Below the pieces are notes generated by a model that saw nothing but the letters and a program-made list of their open reading frames with translations, searched no databases and had not been told where the DNA came from. A stretch of 12,505 bases of DNA from a virus (taxonomy: Duplodnaviria; Heunggongvirae; Uroviricota; Caudoviricetes): the IMG/VR virus record IMGVR_UViG_3300002220_000285, one strand, 5' to 3'. A program made the position numbers and the translations under genes. Of this stretch, positions 1-6,654 are shown in pieces; position 1 is the first letter of the stretch, and each line of letters opens with the position of its first letter.

Positions 1-124
1 GAAGCTCAGGCCGCTTGGCAAGGGCCTCCGGATAGAACGCCCCCTTGTCTGCGATCTCCAGCAGGGTCTCGTACTCGCTACCCCACTGAAGCTCCCAGGC
101 AAGGGTCTCGCTCAGGAGTTTCCC
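1..124 (-). CDS. -1 frame extension of the tail assembly chaperone (lambda gpGT-like), runs off the left edge
   Basis: The -1 frame from GGGAAAC is open for 41 codons to the edge: GKLLSETLAWELQWGSEYETLLEIADKGAFYPEALAKRPEL. It contains no ATG/GTG/TTG after the slip site. Confidence 0.8.
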
Positions 125-504
125 ACCTCCTGCTCCGTCTCCACCTTGAACGACTCGAAGTCGTCCGAGCACTGCTGAACGAAGACGCGGAAGTCCTTGA
201 TCTTCAGGAGCATCTCGGCGTTCTCCTTCGTGTAGTCGAGGGCGGCGCCCTGGTACTGCACGCTCTCCCAATCCAGAAGCAGATGCTGCGCCATCACGCG
301 GATGTAGTCAGCCTCCTGCTGCTTCTCGGTCGTCGAGTTCTTCGGCGCCTTGGCGTACTTTTCATAGGCCTTCACAACCGCCTTGGTGTAGATGGGGTTG
401 TTCGAGCGGGCGACCAGAATACGGGCGTCACCGCCTGGGACGTCGAACCACGCGCCCTGAATTTCACGTTGCTCGTCGGTGGCGAATGCGGAAAAAATGT
501 CCAT
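112..504 (-). CDS. Tail assembly chaperone (lambda gpG-like), 130 aa
   Basis: Directly after the tail tube gene. Acidic, helical, with an LLLDWESV motif of the kind seen in tail chaperones. AGGA SD upstream and a slippery heptamer at the 3' end. Confidence 0.85.
   Translation of the reverse strand: MDIFSAFATDEQREIQGAWFDVPGGDARILVARSNNPIYTKAVVKAYEKYAKAPKNSTTEKQQEADYIRVMAQHLLLDWESVQYQGAALDYTKENAEMLLKIKDFRVFVQQCSDDFESFKVETEQEVGNS
118..124 (-). other. Programmed -1 ribosomal frameshift slippery heptamer G GGA AAC
   Basis: X XXY YYZ pattern in the correct phase (GTG GGA AAC TCC TGA), one codon before the chaperone stop. Confidence 0.85.
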
Positions 505-569
505 TTCTTATCCTAGTTGTTGGGACACAAAGCAGCAGTATTGTATTGCAAACTGACAGTTAAGGGTAG

Positions 570-595
570 AAAAAGACGGGGAGGTCGTCCCCGTC
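570..595 (-). terminator. Intrinsic terminator after the tail tube gene
   Basis: Perfect 8-bp stem GACGGGGA/TCCCCGTC (575-582 and 588-595), 5-nt loop, followed by TTTTT on the minus strand. Confidence 0.8.
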
Positions 596-613
596 AAGGT
601 CCCCTAGGTATTC

Positions 614-1804
614 TTAGGTAGCTGCGACACCCACCCGATCAACGAAGACCATCTTCATGAACGTCGGGTCCATCAGGGCTTCGTAGGTCATGTCGACCAT
701 CGAGTCGGCGTCCTTCGTGCCAGCCTTGATGTCGCCTGCGGAGAACTTCACCGAGGGCAGGGTGACCACATAGCCGTTGCCAGAGGGGTCGAACATCCGG
801 AAGCTCAGGCTAGTGCGGGTGGACAGCAGGAACTTGTTGTACAGGTTGGTGTTGGCGAAGTAGACCGACAGGTTGCCGGTAATCCCCACCGCACCCGCAC
901 CGATGTCGACGTTACCGAGGTAACCGATCGCGTCCCGGCCACGCAGCTTGTTGTCGATGTCGAAGGTCATCGACTTGATGTAGGTGCCAGTCAGCGGGGA
1001 ACCACCCTCAAGGATGTCACCCACGCCAGTCACGCAGTTGATAACGTCGAACGTCTTCGACTGGGTCTGAGCACCGGGAAGCTGGGTTGTGGTGCTGATG
1101 AGCTGATCCTTGCCCATGAAGTCGAAGGCACCAGTGACGGCGTCCCCGCTCTGCAGGCTCAGCGACAGCTTAGACACCACCATGCCGCGGAAGGCAAGGA
1201 ACTGCGTGATGTCCCCGTGCTCCCGCTCAAGCGAGAAGCTGGGCTGAATGACCCCGTTCGACAGGCGAGAACCCTGGAGGCTGAACGACACAGCGGCGCC
1301 AGTCTCGAGAGCCGAGTTGGCCTCGAAGGTGATCACAGTCGAAGACGGTGCAACGGTCTTCGAGATTTGCACCACGCGACCATCGTTCTTGCCGCCCGGA
1401 GTAGTCGTGGCAATCCGCACCCACTGACCAACAGTGAGGTTCGTGATCGGCAGAGAGGTTCCGGTGAAAGTCGTTGCGGTCCAGGTTCCGCTGGAGATTG
1501 CCGTACCAACACCATTGGTGCCGTACACCGACCACGCACCCTGGAAGGCTGCAGCCATGAGCGTGTCGTACTCTTGGTACGACAGCTCAAAGTTCAAGCC
1601 GCCCTCGGCCGAGGCGCTGACGAGAAAGTTATCGGTCGTCTGGCGGTCGCCGCGAATCTCTTCCGAGGTTTTCGACTGGGTACGGAAACCGAGGCTGTCG
1701 TCCGTGCGACGAAGGTTACGCTGCGTGCCCGCGACAGGGATCGCCCCGTAAGTCGTCTCGGGGATGTACCGCAGTTGAGTTCTGGAGCCGGTAGCAAGAG
1801 GCAT
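614..1804 (-). CDS. Major tail tube protein (Phage_tube_2-like), 396 aa
   Basis: N-terminal LRYIPETTYG...SEEIRGDRQ and C-terminal FDIDNKL...GAVGITGNLSVYF motifs typical of siphovirus tube proteins. Lies between terminator and chaperone genes, with a strong AAGGAG SD. Confidence 0.88.
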   Translation of the reverse strand: MPLATGSRTQLRYIPETTYGAIPVAGTQRNLRRTDDSLGFRTQSKTSEEIRGDRQTTDNFLVSASAEGGLNFELSYQEYDTLMAAAFQGAWSVYGTNGVGTAISSGTWTATTFTGTSLPITNLTVGQWVRIATTTPGGKNDGRVVQISKTVAPSSTVITFEANSALETGAAVSFSLQGSRLSNGVIQPSFSLEREHGDITQFLAFRGMVVSKLSLSLQSGDAVTGAFDFMGKDQLISTTTQLPGAQTQSKTFDVINCVTGVGDILEGGSPLTGTYIKSMTFDIDNKLRGRDAIGYLGNVDIGAGAVGITGNLSVYFANTNLYNKFLLSTRTSLSFRMFDPSGNGYVVTLPSVKFSAGDIKAGTKDADSMVDMTYEALMDPTFMKMVFVDRVGVAAT

Positions 1805-1826
1805 CTTATTCTCCTTGTCGCTCTGC

Positions 1827-1839
1827 TAAGTGATTGATT
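1827..1839 (-). promoter_or_regulatory. IHF-consensus site
   Basis: AATCAATCACTTA matches WATCAANNNNTTR exactly, with an A5 tract 9 nt upstream (1849-1853). Confidence 0.55.
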
Positions 1840-1865
1840 CTACAGGTGTTTTTAGCTCACCACAA
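1837..1865 (-). promoter_or_regulatory. Putative sigma70-type promoter for the tail tube gene
   Basis: TTGTGG (1865-1860), 17-nt spacer, TAGAAT (1842-1837), in an AT-rich gap. Confidence 0.35.
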
Positions 1866-2268
1866 TGTCATCGAACCAGAAGGGAACCACAAGGGGCCTG
1901 TGGTGCCACCCGTTGATGTCTTTAGGGGCTTGAGGCATTGCGGCCTCGGTGACGACCCCGTCGATGTTCTTCATTTGAAGCGCGTGAGCAAGGGAGTCGA
2001 TCATCTTGACCGCCGCCGAGATGCCTTGGCCCTGCTTGATCAGGGCGAGCATTGCCAACATCCCGGTGTACCGGACGACCTTCACATTTCCGAGGCTCTT
2101 CTGAACCCCGGAAGCCACAACGAAGTCGATACACAGGAACGGATCGACCTGCTTGCCCATGTCGACCAAATCGCGGTTGTCCCATTGAACCTGAGGTATA
2201 GGGTCGAGGGTGCTAATGGCAACGCTGGCTGCCTGGTAGAGCGCGATACGCGCAGCTTCTTGCATCAT
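1852..2268 (-). CDS. Tail terminator / tail completion protein, 138 aa
   Basis: Immediately upstream of the tube gene. Size and VQWDN...GWHHRPLVVPFWFD pattern are typical of tail terminators. Confidence 0.7.
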   Translation of the reverse strand: MMQEAARIALYQAASVAISTLDPIPQVQWDNRDLVDMGKQVDPFLCIDFVVASGVQKSLGNVKVVRYTGMLAMLALIKQGQGISAAVKMIDSLAHALQMKNIDGVVTEAAMPQAPKDINGWHHRPLVVPFWFDDIVVS

Positions 2269-2269
2269 G

Positions 2270-2764
2270 TCAGCGACCCCACCAGAGTTCGTCGGCGATC
2301 TGCAGCACGTGCCCGATTGGGATGGGGGCAGGGTTGATAAAGTTTCCAGGCCTGAGCATCGTCACCCCGTACCCGTGGTTGTCGGGGTCGCTGTTGGTGG
2401 CGATGATCTCGCCGTAGGGGGTGGAGTTACTGATCCAAACCGTATCCCGAATGTGTGCGGGGTAGTCGTTCTGCATGAAGGCCCCGTTTCTGTCCATCGC
2501 CTCTGCGATAGCTTCCGGGTCCCCTCTCCAGCCTGGAATGCCCGTCTCATCCACCGAGTACTCAGAATAGGTGGAGAACGAGGAGCCAGTAGAGATGTTC
2601 CAGTTGGCCGTGAAATTCCCGCTCCACTGAGGAGAGGTTTCAAGGATCGCCATGAACACCTTCTGGGCGAACTTGCTGAAGTCTCTGCTCCAGTCCTCTT
2701 CTGTCTCATCAGCGAAACGCTCGAGCTGGGCGCAGAACTGATCAAGGTTCTCGATCTCGATCAT
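2270..2764 (-). CDS. Neck / tail completion protein (HK97 gp10-like), 164 aa
   Basis: SPQWSGNFTANWNIS resembles the gp10-type TPVDTGxxRxNW motif. Position fits, with an ATGA overlap with the upstream gene. Confidence 0.6.
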   Translation of the reverse strand: MIEIENLDQFCAQLERFADETEEDWSRDFSKFAQKVFMAILETSPQWSGNFTANWNISTGSSFSTYSEYSVDETGIPGWRGDPEAIAEAMDRNGAFMQNDYPAHIRDTVWISNSTPYGEIIATNSDPDNHGYGVTMLRPGNFINPAPIPIGHVLQIADELWWGR

Positions 2765-3600
2765 GGCCGAAGGTGCAGGCGCCAGCAGTCAGCCTCAACT
2801 TCCGAGGTCAGAACGCGGTAGGTCACACCGGAGAGCATCACCTCGGAACCTGCAAGAGGCGTAAGCACATCGGTAGCACGTACAAGGCAGACTAGGTCCC
2901 CCGGCTTCCGGTCTGGCGCCGCCTCCTGCGCGTACTCATAGTTCACCGCGAAGCGCATCACCAATGCCAGAACGCTACCGTCAGCCGTGGTGTACGAATC
3001 GGCTACCGGGTCGTAGGTGCTGCGCGCACGGTATGTGAGGTACTGCCTCGAGCCAGAGATGTCGTCCGCTTCCGCGATCAGGAACCCACCCTCGGATAGG
3101 TAAGTATTGCGGCAACGCAGAAGTAGACCGTCTAGATCAATGTAGCTACCAGGGTAGACCGCTTCACCCTTCGCAAAGTAGACCTCATAGTAGGAGTAGG
3201 CCTTGTTGGAAAACTCGACCTCTTTCCAGTCCTTCATCCAGGCGAGAGAGCCGTAAGCTGCCAGCCCGCCGAGCTGCGCGATCGTCTCCCCGGCCGACCG
3301 AACTCGAGCAAGTCCCGATGCCCTGTGCAGGATATGCTTCAGACGGATCAGACGGTCGTTGAAGTAGTCAGGCTGCACCGCGGTGCCTGCAATCCAGCGG
3401 GTATCGCCGTCAACCGTGATCACCTGGCGCTCAGGCATCCTAGCTTCGATCGGGGTCGACAGGATGCGGCGCTGGACACTCACAGCGTCCCGCATCGAGT
3501 CGTCGTAGAGATCGAACTGAGCAAGGAACAGATGCCGTCCGCTGTACCCGTCGAACACCGACAAGCGGTCGAAGTGCTTGGCAGCGTTAACCAGGCGCAT
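2761..3600 (-). CDS. Putative head closure / head-tail joining protein, 279 aa
   Basis: Position between adaptor and gp10-like gene, beta-rich, tightly coupled (TAA GT ATG). No diagnostic motif recognised. Confidence 0.45.
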   Translation of the reverse strand: MRLVNAAKHFDRLSVFDGYSGRHLFLAQFDLYDDSMRDAVSVQRRILSTPIEARMPERQVITVDGDTRWIAGTAVQPDYFNDRLIRLKHILHRASGLARVRSAGETIAQLGGLAAYGSLAWMKDWKEVEFSNKAYSYYEVYFAKGEAVYPGSYIDLDGLLLRCRNTYLSEGGFLIAEADDISGSRQYLTYRARSTYDPVADSYTTADGSVLALVMRFAVNYEYAQEAAPDRKPGDLVCLVRATDVLTPLAGSEVMLSGVTYRVLTSEVEADCWRLHLRP

Positions 3601-3602
3601 AC

Positions 3603-4106
3603 TTAGGACCCGGTAACGGGGTCAGAAGTCGGAGTAGAGATCCGCATCCCGGAGAAGGCAACACGAGCCGCGTATGAAGACCCGTAAAGGTCCCCGTAGA
3701 TCCTCTTCAGATTTTCAAGGGCGAGGGCTTTGCCCTTGGCGACCCCGTCCATCGTCACCTTATAAGGTGCGTCCGCGTGACGCTGAGCAAAGGCCTTACC
3801 GTCGCTGATCGTCTTAGGGGAGAACTGGGGCAGTGAAGTACAGAGCTGCTCGGCAACATGAAAAGTCGCGTAGGTCTGCACTGCCTCGAAGAGACCAACC
3901 TCAGCCGCACTCCGCGACTGAGGGAGCTTCACTGCAGCTTCAAGGTAGGTGCTGTGCAGGCCGAAATCCAGGGCCTTGAGGTCTTGTTCCAGAACCCTGA
4001 CAAACACCGAGACACTGATGACCTCATCCTCCAACTCATCAGAGGAGACGCCAAGAAGCGCCCGGACATCAGCGTAGGACTCGATGTAGGTCAGGATCGA
4101 ATTCAT
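3603..4106 (-). CDS. Putative head-tail adaptor, 167 aa (start revised to 4106)
   Basis: The ATG at 4106 overlaps the upstream stop as TGATG. YADVRALLGV is an adaptor-like helical N-terminus. Confidence 0.6.
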   Translation of the reverse strand: MNSILTYIESYADVRALLGVSSDELEDEVISVSVFVRVLEQDLKALDFGLHSTYLEAAVKLPQSRSAAEVGLFEAVQTYATFHVAEQLCTSLPQFSPKTISDGKAFAQRHADAPYKVTMDGVAKGKALALENLKRIYGDLYGSSYAARVAFSGMRISTPTSDPVTGS

Positions 4107-4363
4107 CAGCCAACTTGCGTCATGTAGCCGGCATCCAGCTGGGCCTGCACCCAACCGTCAAGCAGTGCCTCGGTATCGCAACCGCGTTGGAAGGTTTGCT
4201 TCGTGAAAGGGTTGTAGTAGTCGTTGCCCACAGCAACGAAAACACCGACCTCGGCTTTCTTGGCCTTGCGACGCCCGTCAGGCTTCTCCGCAGAGGTCTG
4301 CTCAGGCTTCTCCGCAGAGGTCTGCTCAGGATTCCCCGCGGGCACAGGGGTTTCTTCAGACAT
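4106..4363 (-). CDS. Small protein after the capsid gene (lambda FI position), 85 aa
   Basis: GAGG SD, low-complexity charged N-terminus, compact C-terminal domain ending WVQAQLDAGYM, and stop coupled to the next start. Function is inferred from position only. Confidence 0.6.
   Translation of the reverse strand: MSEETPVPAGNPEQTSAEKPEQTSAEKPDGRRKAKKAEVGVFVAVGNDYYNPFTKQTFQRGCDTEALLDGWVQAQLDAGYMTQVG
4278..4330. repeat. Perfect 24-bp tandem duplication (2.2 copies)
   Basis: TCAGGCTTCTCCGCAGAGGTCTGC x2 plus TCAGG, encoding (EQTSAEKP)x2. Confidence 0.95.
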
Positions 4364-4381
4364 TGGGAACCTCAGGAGTTG

Positions 4382-4405
4382 AGCTGAGGGCCGAAGCCCT
4401 CAGCT
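4382..4405 (-). terminator. Stable hairpin after the capsid gene (no U-tract)
   Basis: 10-bp perfect stem AGCTGAGGGC/GCCCTCAGCT with a C(UUCG)G tetraloop on the minus-strand RNA. It may be a weak terminator or an mRNA-stabilising element. Confidence 0.55.
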
Positions 4406-4412
4406 TGTCGAC

Positions 4413-5588
4413 TTAGATCGTCAGGGACAGGACCTCGAAGGCCTCGTCAAACTGGCGGTAGTACTGGTAGCCCATGTCGAACCGCAGGGCGGTCGACTTG
4501 CGCAGCACGAACTCCTCGACCGCGGAGTAGTCAGCCGAGCTGGACGACACCTTCCAGATCGCGTAGCGGCTGTCGATGCCCAGGATGGTGTTGGCCGGGA
4601 GCAGGCCGTCTTCCAGCAGGAAGATGCGGACGTTCTGCCAGGCCGGGTTCTGCACCTGAGCAAGAGCGTCGATCCGCGGGCTGTTCGGGTCGTCCGACTG
4701 AACGGTCGGCTTGCCGGTACGGCCTTCGATGGCCAGGGCGGTGTCCAGGTCGCAGAAGACCCAGTCGATCTGGCGCTTGCGGTAGTTCTTGCGCAGCCAC
4801 TTCACCCACGCCTTGTGAGTCAAGGTGCCGTTGGCAACGATCGCCGTGTCGAAGGTGTTGGCCTTGACCGCGGCGAGAGCGGTGTAACCAGCATCGACGT
4901 CGCCGCCGTAAATCGCCTGGATCGCCTCATCAACGATGACCGCACGCTGGATTTCAGCCTGACGGGTCAGAGCAAGGGTCACCAGATCGAGCGAAGTAGC
5001 TTCCTGCGCTTCCTTGGTGATTTCCATACCCAGCGAGTAGGTAGGAATCTTGCGGCTGACGTCCGACGCCTTGATCGTCATCATGGTGTGCGGGGTCGCA
5101 CCCTGAGCGATCGGCTGGATACGGCCAGCTTCCGGACCCGAGAAGTCCAGCACCGGCTGGTCGAACTTGTAGCCGGTGATCGTATCGCTACGCGACACCA
5201 GGCTGTCGAACAGCGAGACGTAGCTGCCGGTGTCCTCACGCAGCTTGTTCTCTACCGCTTCAAGCGTCACAGCCGGGAAGATGATGCGCGAGGCGGGCGA
5301 GGCTTCGCGGGTGACAAGGCCTGCAGCGTTCAGCTCAACCGAGCCTTCAAAGATCGCCTTCATCGAGGGCGGCTTGATGCCGTACTCGTTGTTGCGAGCC
5401 ACGAACAGACCGCACGAAGCCATGATCTGCTCGAAAGCAGTACCGTAGGTCTCAGGGGCAGTCGGGAACTTCTGGTTAAGAAACTGGGGGACGCTCATCC
5501 CGTTATCCGCAGCCTCGCGGTAAACGGTAACGTCAATGTCTGCTTCCTGACGCAGGCCTTCCGCGTCGTGAAAAACCACTTTCGGCAT
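4413..5588 (-). CDS. Major capsid protein, 391 aa
   Basis: Follows protease and decoration genes. Strong GC3 bias, strong SD, hairpin downstream, and capsid-like size and C-terminus (LRFDMGYQYYRQFDEAFEVLSL). HK97 fold is inferred. Confidence 0.88.
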   Translation of the reverse strand: MPKVVFHDAEGLRQEADIDVTVYREAADNGMSVPQFLNQKFPTAPETYGTAFEQIMASCGLFVARNNEYGIKPPSMKAIFEGSVELNAAGLVTREASPASRIIFPAVTLEAVENKLREDTGSYVSLFDSLVSRSDTITGYKFDQPVLDFSGPEAGRIQPIAQGATPHTMMTIKASDVSRKIPTYSLGMEITKEAQEATSLDLVTLALTRQAEIQRAVIVDEAIQAIYGGDVDAGYTALAAVKANTFDTAIVANGTLTHKAWVKWLRKNYRKRQIDWVFCDLDTALAIEGRTGKPTVQSDDPNSPRIDALAQVQNPAWQNVRIFLLEDGLLPANTILGIDSRYAIWKVSSSSADYSAVEEFVLRKSTALRFDMGYQYYRQFDEAFEVLSLTI

Positions 5589-5619
5589 TCTATTCTCCTT
5601 GTTCTATGCCTGAAGGTTC

Positions 5620-6051
5620 TTAGGCGACGCGCATCACAACGCCCTTGTACTCGGTGGTGGCGCCAACGCCAACCGCACCCGAGACATAGCGCCACAGATA
5701 CTTGGGATGGGTCATTGCGTCCGCGGTCATCGTCGGAGCCTTCTTGACGCGCCCAGCGGTCTCAGCAACCACGTAGTCACCGATGGCGATCGCGCCGTAG
5801 GCCGTCACAGCCTTGAAGCCGCCGACCTGCACACCACCGAACGAGTGATTCTCAACCGTAAAACCCGAAATCGAGTTCACGAAACCTTCGATGTTGTCGC
5901 CAGTGGCGCACTTGTCGAACTGGGAATCAGCGGCCAGCTTGACAGGGAAGCCAACATCGGCATCCACCATCTTCGCGCCAGTCGCGCCGAGTTTCGCCGA
6001 GATGATGTGCTCAGCCTGGGTGAGGTGCTCACCAAAAGAAAACTTAGCCAT
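5620..6051 (-). CDS. Capsid decoration / cement protein, 143 aa
   Basis: Lambda gpD position between protease and capsid genes. Gly/Ala/Val-rich beta pattern (GAIAIGDYVVAETAGRVKKA). Confidence 0.65.
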   Translation of the reverse strand: MAKFSFGEHLTQAEHIISAKLGATGAKMVDADVGFPVKLAADSQFDKCATGDNIEGFVNSISGFTVENHSFGGVQVGGFKAVTAYGAIAIGDYVVAETAGRVKKAPTMTADAMTHPKYLWRYVSGAVGVGATTEYKGVVMRVA

Positions 6052-6063
6052 TCCTGCTTCTCC

Positions 6064-6654
6064 TTATTTCCGGGTACGGGTTGCAGCAACCCGAGCTTTT
6101 TGCACCGGGTTGACCGACTTGTGCGTGTCGCGGTTGTCCTCGGTAACGGAGGATGCAGCGACCCCGCCAACCTTGAACTTCTCCTTGAAGGCTTCGCCAA
6201 CTCTGGCGTGCTCAGCAAGCAGCTCGGTGACGCTCAGCGAAGCGACATGCGAGCCACCTTGGCCCAGCGCGATGTGCATCTTCTGAACGGAATCACGGGC
6301 GATGGCAACCAGGCCGTCCTGCGCGCCGGAAAGAGCCTCGAGCTTCTCGTTGGCCTTCGCAAGGTCCAGACGAGCGGTCAGCAGGTCGGTGTCCTTGGTC
6401 TTCAGTTCGGCGCGGAGGAAATCAACGAGGGCGCCCTCTGCATCCGCAGCAGGAGCCTCAGCAGGAGCCTCAGCAGGAGCCTCAGCAGGAGCCTCAGCCG
6501 GAACTTCGGCAGCAGGTTCTGCAGGGACTTCAGCAGGCTCTGCGGGAACTTCAGCAGCAGGCTGCGCAGGGGTCTCGGGAGCTGCCTGCTCCAGGGAGGC
6601 ACCGGAAGCCAGGGCAGCAATGTCCTGGTCGGTGAGTAGGGCTTTCTTTTTCAT
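6064..6654 (-). CDS. Nested in-frame scaffolding protein (lambda Nu3-like), 196 aa
   Basis: Codon 296 ATG (MKKKALL) with TAGG upstream, just after an AT-rich promoter-like island. It has coiled-coil heptads and a basic C-terminal tail (KARVAATRTRK). Confidence 0.65.
   Translation of the reverse strand: MKKKALLTDQDIAALASGASLEQAAPETPAQPAAEVPAEPAEVPAEPAAEVPAEAPAEAPAEAPAEAPAADAEGALVDFLRAELKTKDTDLLTARLDLAKANEKLEALSGAQDGLVAIARDSVQKMHIALGQGGSHVASLSVTELLAEHARVGEAFKEKFKVGGVAASSVTEDNRDTHKSVNPVQKARVAATRTRK

Noticed and set aside
60-118. Stimulatory stem-loop 3' of the slippery site
   Set aside because: Only weak, bulged pairings are visible by eye. A folding calculation is needed.
4107-4154. Upstream start of the 183-aa ORF
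   Set aside because: It overlaps the previous gene by about 50 nt, whereas the ATG at 4106 gives a clean TGATG coupling.
111-4380. Identical 10-mer CTCAGGAGTT at 111-120 and 4371-4380
   Set aside because: Many chance 10-mer matches are expected in 12.5 kb, and the contexts are unrelated.
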